IMG/VR virus record: IMGVR_UViG_3300049169_000015
Coordinates: 1 to 40,594 of that record
DNA length: 40,594 bases
Origin: a virus
Lineage: Duplodnaviria > Caudoviricetes
Reading direction: 5' to 3' (one strand)
Of this stretch, positions 1 to 9,950 are shown one piece after another; within the stretch, counting starts at the first letter, position 1, and each line of letters begins with the position of its first letter. The position numbers and the translations under genes were made by a program. Below the pieces are notes generated by a model that was not told where the DNA came from, did no database searches, and worked only from the letters and a program-made list of their open reading frames with translations.

Positions 1-141
1 CTCCCCGCCCACCCGGCGAAGGTCACCGCCGTCCGCGTGCAGGACATCGACCGCTTCCCCATCGAGGACAACAGGATCCGCTCCTCGATCACCGTCGCGA
101 TCCACCGGCAGATGCTCCGCTCGGAGGTACTCCCCGCATGA
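1..141 (+). CDS. C-terminal part of putative tail terminator protein (continues from 40274)
   Basis: Frame 1 reads LPAHPAKVTAVRVQDIDRFPIEDNRIRSSITVAIHRQMLRSEVLPA*, in frame with the ORF at 40274; ATGA overlap with next gene. Confidence 0.75.
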   Translation, partial: LPAHPAKVTAVRVQDIDRFPIEDNRIRSSITVAIHRQMLRSEVLPA

Positions 142-476
142 CCATCGTCTACGTCCAACTGCCGCGCGAGCAGGTCATCCCCTACCTCGGCCCCAACTGG
201 CCGCCCGAGGCGGGCGCCACCGTCCTCCGCTGCCCCAACCCGGCCGGCGTCACCGACGGCGCGGTCGTCGTCTACACCACGCCCGGACGGCCCGGCACCA
301 CGTGGTGGCTCGTCGACTCGGTCATCCCGCCGCAGGCCGCCGGGCCCGTGGATGAGGCCCTGGCCGCACTCATCCCCGAATCGGTGCTCGAGGTTCCCGA
401 GCCAGTGCCGGTGGAGGACCCGGCGCCGCCTACCGAGCCGCAGCATCCGCAGACGGCCCCCACCGACATCGTCTGA
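138..476 (+). CDS. Hypothetical virion-module protein (112 aa, Pro-rich C-terminus)
   Basis: GGAGG RBS, ATGA coupling; lies between terminator and major tail genes. Confidence 0.7.
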   Translation: MTIVYVQLPREQVIPYLGPNWPPEAGATVLRCPNPAGVTDGAVVVYTTPGRPGTTWWLVDSVIPPQAAGPVDEALAALIPESVLEVPEPVPVEDPAPPTEPQHPQTAPTDIV

Positions 477-522
477 CCCCGCCCCGTCCGGGCCGACCCC
501 CGGCACCAGGAAGGAACCCGAG

Positions 523-1089
523 ATGCCTATCTCCCGCGTATCGAAGATCTACTCAGTGCAGGACGCGAAGATCTCGCCGCTGACTGCCGACCCGTCCGGG
601 GGCGCCGCGACCTACGGGACGCCGCTCGACGTGCCCGGTATCCAGGAGATGGCCATCACCGGTGAGGTGGAGGTCAAGACCCTGCGTGGCGACAACACGA
701 AGCTGGACACTAACTCGGCAATCTCAAACATTCAGGTGGCCGTCACCCACGCCAAGGTGTCGCTGGACGTGCTGGCCGCGATCGTCGGCGGCGCGGTCAC
801 CGACTCGGGCACCACCCCGGCGCAGGTCACCACGTGGGACCTGTCCGGCGACGACGCCAACTTGCCGCCCTTCAAGTTGGAGGGTGTCACCCCGCCCAAC
901 GGGGTCGACATCGTCGGCGGTGACCTCCACTGGATCCTCCACAAGCTGACGCTCAGCGCCTTCCCGGACGTCGGGTTCGCCAACGAGGACTACAGGACGA
1001 TCTCGTTCACGGCCGACGCGTCCCCGCTGCTGTCCAACGGCAAGTGGCTGTCCGCCGTCATCAATGAGACCGCGGCCGCCATCGCCTGA
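523..1089 (+). CDS. Major tail (tube) protein, 188 aa
   Basis: AGGAAGGA RBS; MPISRVSKIYSVQDAKI...YGTPLDVPGIQEM...LRGDN resembles siphovirus tail tube proteins; synteny before chaperone and tape measure. Confidence 0.85.
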   Translation: MPISRVSKIYSVQDAKISPLTADPSGGAATYGTPLDVPGIQEMAITGEVEVKTLRGDNTKLDTNSAISNIQVAVTHAKVSLDVLAAIVGGAVTDSGTTPAQVTTWDLSGDDANLPPFKLEGVTPPNGVDIVGGDLHWILHKLTLSAFPDVGFANEDYRTISFTADASPLLSNGKWLSAVINETAAAIA

Positions 1090-1093
1090 TCCT

Positions 1094-1125
1094 GCCGGGC
1101 GGGCCCGCCCACGCGCCCGCCCGGC
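1094..1125 (+). terminator. Stem-loop after major tail gene
   Basis: GCCGGGCGGGC / GCCCGCCCGGC 11-bp inverted repeat. Confidence 0.6.
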
Positions 1126-1175
1126 GCCCCCCTCACCCGCAGGCCGAAACCCGGCACTCACGTAGGGACACCACC

Positions 1176-1685
1176 ATGACGACCGGCCTTGACCTCCTTG
1201 CCGACGGGACCACCGTCCAGCTCTCCGACGGCACCACCATCCAGCTCCGCTACTCCTTCCGCGCCCTCGCCCTGCTGGAGGCCCGCTTCGGGTCCGTCGC
1301 CGCCGTACAGAACGCGATCGACTCCACCGGCCAGGGCGCGGCTTTCGGCCCCCTGCTCCAGATCCTCGGTGCCGGCAGTGTCGGACCGGGTGGGTTCGAG
1401 CCGCACATCCGGGAGCACGTGGACGCCAAGGGCAAGCGGACCGTGTCGGACATCGTGTTCCGCCGTCGCACAGACGGCGTCGACCTCGCGGACCTCCTCG
1501 ACCCCGGGCAGCTCACCGACTACGTGAAGGCCTTTTCGGCCGCGCTGTCGAAGGCCTTGGAGCACCGGGGAAACGGACCAGCCCCGGCGATCAGCACCTT
1601 GACGCCGGGCCTTACCCCTGGGGCGAGCTCTACTACTTCGCCGTCGGTGCCCTCCACATTCCTCCCGTCGACTTCTGGGACATGA
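1176..1685 (+). CDS. Tail assembly chaperone (G)
   Basis: Position between tail tube and tape measure; LRYSFRALALLE motif; GGGAAAC slippery site. Confidence 0.85.
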   Translation: MTTGLDLLADGTTVQLSDGTTIQLRYSFRALALLEARFGSVAAVQNAIDSTGQGAAFGPLLQILGAGSVGPGGFEPHIREHVDAKGKRTVSDIVFRRRTDGVDLADLLDPGQLTDYVKAFSAALSKALEHRGNGPAPAISTLTPGLTPGASSTTSPSVPSTFLPSTSGT

Positions 1686-1804
1686 CGCAGGCGCAGATCC
1701 TCACGCTCGCCGACCAGCACTGCGCCGCCCACTCCACGAGCGGCTCAACCCCGTCCCGTACAGATTCCGGTCCCGGCCTCATGGCCATGGCCGCATGGCA
1801 GTAG
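1176..1804 (+). CDS. Tail assembly chaperone GT produced by -1 frameshift at GGGAAAC (1568-1574)
   Basis: The -1 frame is open from the slippery site to TAG at 1802-1804 and encodes PWGELYYFAVGALHIPPVDFWDMTQAQIL, typical of the T portion. Confidence 0.85.
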
Positions 1805-1817
1805 GAGGTGACCTGCG

Positions 1818-4214
1818 GTGGCTGACGACATCAACCTGCCGAACCTCGTGTCGCACTTGCAGGTCAACCTGGCCAACACGTCCGGCCTCGTAGCCGACGC
1901 CACACGGCAGGGCTCCTCCGTCGGCGCCGCTCTCGGCTCGTCCCTGCGACGCGAACTCCGCGACACCGTCAGCAACATCCCGGACATCCCCATCACGGCG
2001 GACAGTTCGGATGTGGATCGGGACCTGGCCCGCGTCCGCGGCGAACTCGACGAACTGGCCAACAGTCGCATCGGCGTCGACATCAGCATCGACGAGGCTC
2101 TGCGCCGCATGGCCCGCCTCGAACCGCATCTCGACCGGCTCCAGCACACCCACCCGAACATCAACGTCCGGGCGTCCGTTGGCGGCGCGCTCCGCCAGCT
2201 CGCACAAATCCGGGCCGCAGCCCGCCAGGTCGACGACACCGACGTCGACATCGACGTGGACGTCGACACCGACGACGCCGACCAAAACCTGCGCCGGATC
2301 CGTGAAGGGCTCGGCCGCGTCGTCAGCATCATCCCCAAGCTCGCCGGGCTCGCGGCCCCGTTCGCCACCGCAGGGCTCGCGGCCGGTGCGCTGCTGCCGC
2401 TGGTGGCCGGCCTGGTGGCGACGCTGTCGAACATCGCGCCGGCCGCCGCGGTCGGCGTGTCCGCGCTGGCCACGCTGAAGCTCGCGACCGCCACGCTGAA
2501 GGTCGCGATGATCGGTGTCGAGGACGCGATCACTGCGGCGCTGGACCCGGAAGGCGCGGAGGCGTACGCCGAGGCGATCAAGAAACTGTCCCCGGAAGCC
2601 AGGAAGTTCACCGACAGCCTGCGGAAGATGGCTCCGGAGCTGGACAAGCTCCGCAAGCAGGTGCAGGACCGCGTGTTCGCCGGGCTCAGCTCCGAGATGG
2701 AGCGCACCGCCAAGGTCGTGGCGCCCGACTTGAAGCGCGCGTTCCTCGAAACCGGCGACACCCTCAACCGGATGGCGAAGGGAGTGGGTGCCGCGGCCCG
2801 CGACCTGGGCGAGTCGGGCACCCTCGGCCGCGCGGTGGACTCGGCCATCAAGTCGCTGGAAACTCTCGACAAGGTACCGGGCCGGATCGTCACGTCGCTC
2901 GGCACTCTCGCCGCAGCATCCGGCCCCTCCCTGGAACGGATCGCGAAGAAGGCCGACTCGGTATCCGCCCGGATCACCGACTCCCTGACCAAGTCGTTCG
3001 AGTCCGGCGAGCTGGAAAAGTCGATCGACGGCGCGATCGACATGTTCTCTCAGCTCGGGCGAATCGTCCGCAACATTTTCGGTGGCCTCGGAAACATTAT
3101 CGGCGGCGTCACCAATGAAGCGGGCTCCCTGTTCTTCATTCTCGAAGAACTCTCCGAGGCATTCGAGCGACTGACCGCATCCAAGGAATTCCAATCCATC
3201 CTTCAGCAGATCGTCCGCACAGCGAGTGAGCTGATCGACCAGGCCATGCCGCTCCTGCGCGAGGCGTTCATCCAGCTCGCCCCCGTCATCGAGGAGATCG
3301 GCCCGCCACTCCGCGACTTCATCCGGGAAGTCGGCCCCGAGCTACTCCCCGTGCTGAAGAAGCTCGGCCCGATCCTGCTCGACATCGCCAGGATTTTCAA
3401 AGAGCAGATGCCGTTCGCCATCAAGTTCACGAAGGCGGCCCTTGAAACGCTGTCTTTCGTCCTGGGCGTTGTCCACTGGCTGCTCGAAAACATCGTCATC
3501 CCCGTCGTCCGCAAAGTCTCGGAGATCCTCAACTCCAAATACGTCACCGCCATCGCCACCGCCTCACGGATGACGTCCGAGAAGATCGGCCAAATGGCCC
3601 AAAGGTTCGAACGCTTCCGATCTGCAGTGTCCGAAAACATAGGGATCGCAACCCGAAAGCTTTGGCAACTGGTGGGCTCCGTAGTCGGATTCGCGCAGCA
3701 AGTCGCCAGCTCTCTGGGCGGCGTGACCAACATGTTCCGGGGAATTCCAGAAGCCATCCGCAACGCCGTCGGCGACCTCGGCGGCCTGCTGTGGAACGCG
3801 GGCTGGCGCTTGATCGGCGGACTGCTCGCCGGAATCAGGGCCCGCATGAGCGAGCTGCGCGGCCTCCTCAACAGCATCACCAACTTGATCCCCGACTGGA
3901 AGGGCCCGGCCGACAAGGACGCCCGCCTCCTCGCCCCCGCCGGACGCCTGATCATGCAGGGCCTGATCGCCGGGATCGACTCCACCGTCGGCGACCTGCG
4001 CACCCGCCTGGGACAGATCACGCGGGAGATGCCCGGCATGCTCGGCGCGGTCAGCCTGACCGGGGCCATGGGCACGCTGCCCGGCCGCGGCATGGCTGCT
4101 GCCTCACCGGCCGGGACGACGAACAACTTCTACCTGTCCGGGTCGGACGCTTCGCCGGACGGCATCCTGCACGCTCTGTCGTGGCAGGGCCTGGTCGGAG
4201 GCACCCATGGCTAA
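1818..4214 (+). CDS. Tape measure protein (798 aa)
   Basis: Long Ala/Leu-rich helical ORF after the chaperones; C-terminal DWKGP...LLAPAGRLIMQGLIAGI motif; GGAGG RBS. Confidence 0.92.
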   Translation: MADDINLPNLVSHLQVNLANTSGLVADATRQGSSVGAALGSSLRRELRDTVSNIPDIPITADSSDVDRDLARVRGELDELANSRIGVDISIDEALRRMARLEPHLDRLQHTHPNINVRASVGGALRQLAQIRAAARQVDDTDVDIDVDVDTDDADQNLRRIREGLGRVVSIIPKLAGLAAPFATAGLAAGALLPLVAGLVATLSNIAPAAAVGVSALATLKLATATLKVAMIGVEDAITAALDPEGAEAYAEAIKKLSPEARKFTDSLRKMAPELDKLRKQVQDRVFAGLSSEMERTAKVVAPDLKRAFLETGDTLNRMAKGVGAAARDLGESGTLGRAVDSAIKSLETLDKVPGRIVTSLGTLAAASGPSLERIAKKADSVSARITDSLTKSFESGELEKSIDGAIDMFSQLGRIVRNIFGGLGNIIGGVTNEAGSLFFILEELSEAFERLTASKEFQSILQQIVRTASELIDQAMPLLREAFIQLAPVIEEIGPPLRDFIREVGPELLPVLKKLGPILLDIARIFKEQMPFAIKFTKAALETLSFVLGVVHWLLENIVIPVVRKVSEILNSKYVTAIATASRMTSEKIGQMAQRFERFRSAVSENIGIATRKLWQLVGSVVGFAQQVASSLGGVTNMFRGIPEAIRNAVGDLGGLLWNAGWRLIGGLLAGIRARMSELRGLLNSITNLIPDWKGPADKDARLLAPAGRLIMQGLIAGIDSTVGDLRTRLGQITREMPGMLGAVSLTGAMGTLPGRGMAAASPAGTTNNFYLSGSDASPDGILHALSWQGLVGGTHG

Positions 4215-5613
4215 CCAGAAGTTGGGCCGGATCGCCTGGGGGGACCTGACCTTCGGCCCCGGCTCCCGCTACCACGTCACCACCATCGTCGGCCTCGACG
4301 ACCTGCCCGACATCCGGCCCGAGGACGTCCCCCGGCCGGGACAGCACGGCGACTACACCGGCCCGGACACCACCGGCGCCCGCGTGGTCCAGCTCGGCCT
4401 GTCGCTGATCGCCGACACCCCGGACGAGCTGCGGGAGATGACGCTCGCCCTGCGGAACGCCACCCAGCCGCAGACAGTGCCGGCACCGCTGGCGTTCCTG
4501 GATCAGGGGATGTTGGTGTACGGGAAGGTGCGGCGCCGATCGATCCCCTACGACGCCGAGCATCTGTGGCGCACCGGCACCGCAGCGCTGGAGGTGTACT
4601 GCGCGGACCCGTACCTCTACGGCCTGGACGAGCAGATGGCGTCCACATCGGCGTACTCGCCTGCGGCCGGGCGCACCTACCCGCTGGCGTACTCGGGCGT
4701 GGCCCCAGCCACGAACCTCGTGCTGAACCCCAGCGCCGAGATCGATCTCACCGACACACAGACGTACGGCCCGTCGATCACCCGCACCCGCGTCACCACT
4801 CAGCGGTTCTCCGGCACGGCAGCGATCGAGCACGTGCACACCGCCGACAGCGCGGCAGGCACCACGTGGACGATCGCGACACAGGCCGCTGGCGCGGTCG
4901 TCAACGTCGGCATCTGGGTGAAGATCCCGACGGGCGTCACCGCCGGACAGATCGCTTGGCGCAACGGCACCACCACCGTCAACTCTCAGGCGCTGGGCTC
5001 GCTACCGGCCGCAGGAACCTGGGCCCGGATCACCAGCTCGTACACGGTCGCCGCCGGGCAGACCGTGGACCGCATCGGTATCGCGTTCACCTCCACCAAC
5101 GGCACCGTCTGGTGGGCAGACGCCGCGATGGCCGCCCCTGACTCGGTCCTGCCTGCCTACGGCGACGGGTCGATGACCGGCTACGGCTGGTCGTGGACCG
5201 GCACCCCGAACGCCTCCACCAGTGTCCGCACCATCACCGGCACCGACCGTACGTACGGCGACGCCGGGGAGTCCGGCCGCCTCACTGCCGTCAACGACGG
5301 AGCATCCGACGCCTACCCCGTCCTGCGCATCGACGGCCCCGTCGCCAACCCGTCCATCGAGCAGGTCACCACCGGCCAGACCCTCGTCATCGACGCCACC
5401 CTCGGCGACGGGGAGTACCTCCTCATCGACACCCGCACCCGCGCCGTCCTCTACATGGGCAGCACACCCCGCCGCTCCTGGGTTCGCGCAGGCTCCACCT
5501 GGCCCCTGCTCCAGCCCGGCTCCAACGAACTCGCATACAGGGGTGGGCCCGTATCCGGGGGCTCCGGAACCCCGTCCCTGCTCACCGTCACCTGGCGCGA
5601 CACCAGCCTGTAA
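4207..5613 (+). CDS. Distal tail protein (Dit) with inserted carbohydrate-binding-like domain
   Basis: Follows TMP; Dit-like ...YCADPYLYG... and C-terminal NDG..AYPVLRIDGP..NP...LQPGSNEL; internal NLVLNPSAE beta-rich insert. Confidence 0.8.
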   Translation: MANQKLGRIAWGDLTFGPGSRYHVTTIVGLDDLPDIRPEDVPRPGQHGDYTGPDTTGARVVQLGLSLIADTPDELREMTLALRNATQPQTVPAPLAFLDQGMLVYGKVRRRSIPYDAEHLWRTGTAALEVYCADPYLYGLDEQMASTSAYSPAAGRTYPLAYSGVAPATNLVLNPSAEIDLTDTQTYGPSITRTRVTTQRFSGTAAIEHVHTADSAAGTTWTIATQAAGAVVNVGIWVKIPTGVTAGQIAWRNGTTTVNSQALGSLPAAGTWARITSSYTVAAGQTVDRIGIAFTSTNGTVWWADAAMAAPDSVLPAYGDGSMTGYGWSWTGTPNASTSVRTITGTDRTYGDAGESGRLTAVNDGASDAYPVLRIDGPVANPSIEQVTTGQTLVIDATLGDGEYLLIDTRTRAVLYMGSTPRRSWVRAGSTWPLLQPGSNELAYRGGPVSGGSGTPSLLTVTWRDTSL

Positions 5614-5624
5614 GGAGGCCACTC

Positions 5625-6716
5625 ATGGCTGCTATCAACCCGCCGGCCTGGATGCAGGCCGGTAGCTATCCGGCACGCACGGACCGGCTCGTCATCTCCA
5701 GCCTGCTCGGGTACCCCGGCTTTCTGGTGGACGAGGCCACGCCGCTGCGTATCCGGCAGGGCGTGCGCCCCTCCTACACCAACCAGCAGTTGAAGGTGAA
5801 GGCCGCTGCCACCCCGAACATGACCGTCATCGTGTCCGCGGGCATGTGCTACATCGACAACCACGACGCCGGCGGGCAGGGCACCTACGTGTGCGTCAAC
5901 GACTCGGACGTTGTGCTCACCATCGCCCCAGCGGGCGGGGCCGGGCAGTACCGCAAGGACTGCGTCGTCGCGAGCGTGTACGACGCCGAGACCGCAGGCT
6001 CCGTCTCGGAGTGGCGGCTCGAGGTCATCCAGGGAACCTATGCGGCTTCGGCTGGTGCGGCGGCCCGGCCGTCGCTGCCGCCGAACGCGCAGATCCTGGC
6101 CGACATCGCGATCGGCCCGTCGCAGACCAGTGTGGCCGCCGCGAACATCACCGACATCAGGCAGTTCTCCACCAGCCTCGGCGGCATCCTGCCCGTCGCC
6201 TCCAACGGCGCACCCAACCGACTGCACCCGGGCCAGGTCCTGTACCTGACCGACACGGACGCGCTCGAAGTCGGCCAGCTGGCGGGCACGAAACGGCAGG
6301 TGCGGGAGCAGATCCGGCCGTCGGTGTCCGAGCAGGTGGCCATGCCCAGCTTCGGGACTGCGGGCGCTTTCGTCGACTTCACCTCCGCGCAGTGGCCGCC
6401 CGTCACCGTGACGGTCCCGCCGTCGGGGCAGGTGAAGGTCACGGTCAGTGCTGCGGTGGCCAACACGAACACCAGCAACAGCACGGCCTGGGCGACGTGG
6501 CGCGCATCCGGCGCGTCCACGATGGGCGCCTCCGAGAAGAACAGCGTGGCGACCGCCGGCAGCCGGACGTACGCCAGCCGCTCCTACGTGCTGTCCGGCA
6601 TGTCTCCGGGCGCGAGTCTCACCATCACCCCGCAGTGGAACGTGTCCTCGGCCGGCACACCGGGGTCAGTGACCCGTGTGTCTGACGGCCAGCTGATTGT
6701 GGAGCCGGTCGCATGA
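5625..6716 (+). CDS. Minor tail protein (363 aa)
   Basis: AAGGAGG RBS; actinophage minor tail motifs (LKVKAAATPNMTVIVSAG, RKDCVVA, ITDIRQF). Confidence 0.8.
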   Translation: MAAINPPAWMQAGSYPARTDRLVISSLLGYPGFLVDEATPLRIRQGVRPSYTNQQLKVKAAATPNMTVIVSAGMCYIDNHDAGGQGTYVCVNDSDVVLTIAPAGGAGQYRKDCVVASVYDAETAGSVSEWRLEVIQGTYAASAGAAARPSLPPNAQILADIAIGPSQTSVAAANITDIRQFSTSLGGILPVASNGAPNRLHPGQVLYLTDTDALEVGQLAGTKRQVREQIRPSVSEQVAMPSFGTAGAFVDFTSAQWPPVTVTVPPSGQVKVTVSAAVANTNTSNSTAWATWRASGASTMGASEKNSVATAGSRTYASRSYVLSGMSPGASLTITPQWNVSSAGTPGSVTRVSDGQLIVEPVA

Positions 6717-7918
6717 CCGAGCTGATGTTTGCCAGCGCGCTCGGCGTCCAGGAGCCGGGCGACGTGCAGCACACGTACACGTACCTGTTCTGCGACCTGA
6801 TGACGGACACGCTCCTCGCCGAACTGCCGCTCACCGACGTGTCGTACGGCACGATCCTGAACGGCATCGGCACGCTGCGGGCGCATGTGCCGTACGCGGA
6901 CGAGACCCTGCCGCTGGACCCGGAAGCCGCCACGGTCCCGGGCCGCACAGCGGTGTACGTCGACCGGGACGGCGTCATCGTCTGGGCAGGCATCCTGTGG
7001 ACCCGCACCCCCAGCCCCACGGGCAGCGGCCGGGACATTCAGTGCGCCGAGTTCCTGTCCTACTACCAGCGCCGCTACATCAAGGAGACCCTGTCCACCG
7101 ACGCGGCCAAGGTCACGGACACCGACCTCATGCCGCTCGGCCAGCGCCTGTACACCGAGCAGATGTGGCTCGTCTGGTCCCTCCTCGTCTACGCCCACAA
7201 CCAGCCGTCCGGGAACCCGGGCATCGCCACGAACCTCCTGACCGGCACGCCGACCGGGATCAGCCGGACGGCCACCTACCCGGGGCACGAGCGGCACGAA
7301 ATCTACAAGGCGATCAGCGACCTGGCGCAGGCCGAGGACGGGTTCGACTTCGGCGTCGAAGTCGGCTGGACGTCGGCAGCGAACAACCAGCCCCCGCGCC
7401 GGTACAAGAGACATCGCGTCTGGTACCCGCGCCGCGGCCGCACCGTCGCCAACTCCGGGCTCGTGTTCGCGCACGGCGGTACCGCCTCGTCGATCGTGGA
7501 CTACGACTGGCCGGAGAACGCGACCGAGCTGGCCACCGAAACCAGCGGCATCGGCGAAGGTGACGGAGACGACACGCTCCAGGCCGTCGCGCAGGCCACC
7601 GACCTCCTCAACTCGGGCTGGCCACTGCTGGAGTCCGTCACCCGCTGGGACGGGGTGACGCAGCAGGCACAGCTCCAGGCCCTCACGAACGGCGACGTCA
7701 ACGCAAAGTCGCGGGCCATGGTGCAGCCCCGGTTCACCGTGGAAGCCGACGCCGACCCCGCCTTCGGCAGCTACTCCGTCGGCGACGAGGCCCTGTTCGT
7801 CATCGAGGACTCACACCGCATGCCCGGCGGCCGCGAACAGGTCCTCCGCATCGTCACCATCGACGCCATCCCGTCACGCGGCCCCGAGCGCGTGACCCTC
7901 ACCTGCACGGCGGTGTGA
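6713..7918 (+). CDS. Minor tail / baseplate hub (Tal-like) protein
   Basis: DLMTDTLLAELP...LNGIG...VDRDGVIVWAGILW pattern of actinophage hub proteins; synteny. Confidence 0.8.
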   Translation: MTELMFASALGVQEPGDVQHTYTYLFCDLMTDTLLAELPLTDVSYGTILNGIGTLRAHVPYADETLPLDPEAATVPGRTAVYVDRDGVIVWAGILWTRTPSPTGSGRDIQCAEFLSYYQRRYIKETLSTDAAKVTDTDLMPLGQRLYTEQMWLVWSLLVYAHNQPSGNPGIATNLLTGTPTGISRTATYPGHERHEIYKAISDLAQAEDGFDFGVEVGWTSAANNQPPRRYKRHRVWYPRRGRTVANSGLVFAHGGTASSIVDYDWPENATELATETSGIGEGDGDDTLQAVAQATDLLNSGWPLLESVTRWDGVTQQAQLQALTNGDVNAKSRAMVQPRFTVEADADPAFGSYSVGDEALFVIEDSHRMPGGREQVLRIVTIDAIPSRGPERVTLTCTAV

Positions 7919-7919
7919 C

Positions 7920-8402
7920 ATGCCGGCCTACGCCTCCACCCCGAACATCTTGCAGCGCATCGCGCGTATGGAGCGGCAGCTGGAGCAGCTGCAGCGCCGG
8001 AGCCCGGCCCTGGATATGCGGGACGAGCTGGCCGTCTTCCCGACCGCGCTGTACGCGATGCCGATGATGGACGAAACCAGCTTCATCACGGTGTGGGAGA
8101 CGTTGTTCGCCCCGCGGACCGGGTCGCTGGATCTGGGGCTGGTGTTCATCGGTGACCAGGTGTCGGGCGTGAACACGGGTGGCCAGTGGCGGGTGTTGCT
8201 CGACGGCGCGGTCGTCATGTCCGGCACGGTCGCCGCCACCTTCAGCTATCAGTTCGCCGCTCAGGTCCTGCCGCTCGACGTGAACAACCCGGACGTGAAG
8301 CTCGAGATCCAGTCCCGGCGCACGTCGGGCGCCACGACCGGCGGCCGGAACGGCGGCGGCGGAACCATCTCGATCGCTCCCCGCTACGCGCGACTCATCT
8401 GA
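7920..8402 (+). CDS. Minor tail protein (160 aa)
   Basis: N-terminal coiled coil (LQRIARMERQLEQLQRR) followed by beta-rich domain; last tail gene. Confidence 0.65.
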   Translation: MPAYASTPNILQRIARMERQLEQLQRRSPALDMRDELAVFPTALYAMPMMDETSFITVWETLFAPRTGSLDLGLVFIGDQVSGVNTGGQWRVLLDGAVVMSGTVAATFSYQFAAQVLPLDVNNPDVKLEIQSRRTSGATTGGRNGGGGTISIAPRYARLI

Positions 8403-8413
8403 AAGGCACGCCC

Positions 8414-9322
8414 ATGAAACTCGTCACGCGCGCACAGCTCGGGTGGCCCGCCTCGGCCGCGCCCCGCCAGTCCACGACCCGCGGGGTGAAAGTCCACTAC
8501 GAGGGCACCCACGTCTCCACCCGGCTACTCACCGACCACAGTGCGTGCATTGCCGAGTGGAAGGCGATCCGCACCTCCCACCTCAATCACCCGACCGAGA
8601 ACTACTCGGACGTGGCGTACAACTACGCCGCTTGCCCGCACGGCTACCTCCTTGAGGGCCGCGGCATCGGCCGCCGCACCGGCGCGAACGGCAACGCCAC
8701 CCTCAACTCCCAGCACTACGCGGTCCTCGGGCTCGTCGGCTCCTCCGGGCTGACCGACCCGCCCGACCCGATGCTCCACGCGATCCGCGACGGCATCGAC
8801 CTGCTCCGCAAGAACGGCGCCGATTCAGAGATCAAGGGCCATCGGGACGGCTACGCGACCGCGTGCCCTGGTGCCCGGCTGTACGCGTGGGTGCAGAAGG
8901 GCGCCCCGCGACCGACCTCTACGTCCGAGGAGGACGACATGCCCCTGACCGATGCCGACGTACAGCGCGTCGCCAAGGCCACCGTACAGATGCTGATTGC
9001 AGGCGGCGGCGTGCTGGAGAACAGCGACCTGGACCGCATCATCGCCCGCGACGCAGTGCCCGCCGCGCGCCCGCCGCACGCGAACGCCGACTACGAGACC
9101 AACAAGCACTGGTCGCTCGGGTACGCCATCCAGACCGGAGTGGAGTCCAGCCGCCGGGCGGTCGTCCTCCTCGAGGAGATGAAGGAGAAGGGCGTCGTCG
9201 ACCCCGACGAACTCGCCGACGCACTCGGCCCTCTCCTCGCTCCGATCGTCGAGCAGGCCATCGCCACCGCGGTCGTCACCGTCGCCGTCAACGTGACCGG
9301 CGCCAACACCACCACGTCCTGA
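8414..9322 (+). CDS. Endolysin, N-acetylmuramoyl-L-alanine amidase (PGRP/Amidase_2-like)
   Basis: VKVHY, SDVAYNY, LEGRG, GHRD..ATACPG zinc-amidase motifs; GAAAGG RBS. Confidence 0.9.
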   Translation: MKLVTRAQLGWPASAAPRQSTTRGVKVHYEGTHVSTRLLTDHSACIAEWKAIRTSHLNHPTENYSDVAYNYAACPHGYLLEGRGIGRRTGANGNATLNSQHYAVLGLVGSSGLTDPPDPMLHAIRDGIDLLRKNGADSEIKGHRDGYATACPGARLYAWVQKGAPRPTSTSEEDDMPLTDADVQRVAKATVQMLIAGGGVLENSDLDRIIARDAVPAARPPHANADYETNKHWSLGYAIQTGVESSRRAVVLLEEMKEKGVVDPDELADALGPLLAPIVEQAIATAVVTVAVNVTGANTTTS

Positions 9323-9360
9323 CCCCCACCGGGGCAGGCCATCACGAGAACGGAACCCGC

Positions 9361-9603
9361 ATGAACGACATCACGAAGACCGCGCAGACGTACGCCAAGG
9401 ACCTCACCGAGCGGATCCTGTGGACCTTCCTCGCCGCCGCAGGCGCCGTCGCCCTGGCGGCCGGCCCCGCCGACATGTTCTCCGCCAGCTTCTGGGAGAC
9501 CGTCGGCGCGGCCGGGATCGCCGCCGTCGGATCCCTCGTGAAGGGCCTGTTCGCCAAGGTCATAGGCGACAAGAACTCCGCCTCCACAGCCAAGGGCGTC
9601 TAA
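9361..9603 (+). CDS. Holin (80 aa)
   Basis: DLTERILWTF followed by two TM segments (r1t-like holin pattern); directly after endolysin. Confidence 0.8.
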   Translation: MNDITKTAQTYAKDLTERILWTFLAAAGAVALAAGPADMFSASFWETVGAAGIAAVGSLVKGLFAKVIGDKNSASTAKGV

Positions 9604-9626
9604 GCACAGCACAACGGAGGAACCCT

Positions 9627-9950
9627 GTGGACGCTGCGACCTACGGCGCGCTCGGCACAATCCTCGTCGGGCTCGCAGCGGCCATAGGCGCATGGATCGG
9701 CAAGCGCGGTGAAAACCGCGCGAACCACCAGGGCGTCGTCATGACCGGCTACGGCGGCCTGGTCAACGAACTTCAAGAGGAACGCGCCGACCTGCGGGAG
9801 AAGCTGACCGCCGCCTACGCAGAACTCGCCGCAGCCCGCGCCGACAAAGCCGAGCTGCTGGGCCACATCTCCCGCCTGGAAACCGAAATCGCCAACCGTG
9901 ACCGGCAAATCGCCGAACTGACCGCCGCCCGAGGAGGGCCGACACCGTGA
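9627..9950 (+). CDS. Membrane protein, N-terminal TM plus coiled coil (lysis cassette)
   Basis: GGAGG RBS, GTG start; hydrophobic N-terminus then heptad-rich region. Confidence 0.75.
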   Translation: MDAATYGALGTILVGLAAAIGAWIGKRGENRANHQGVVMTGYGGLVNELQEERADLREKLTAAYAELAAARADKAELLGHISRLETEIANRDRQIAELTAARGGPTP

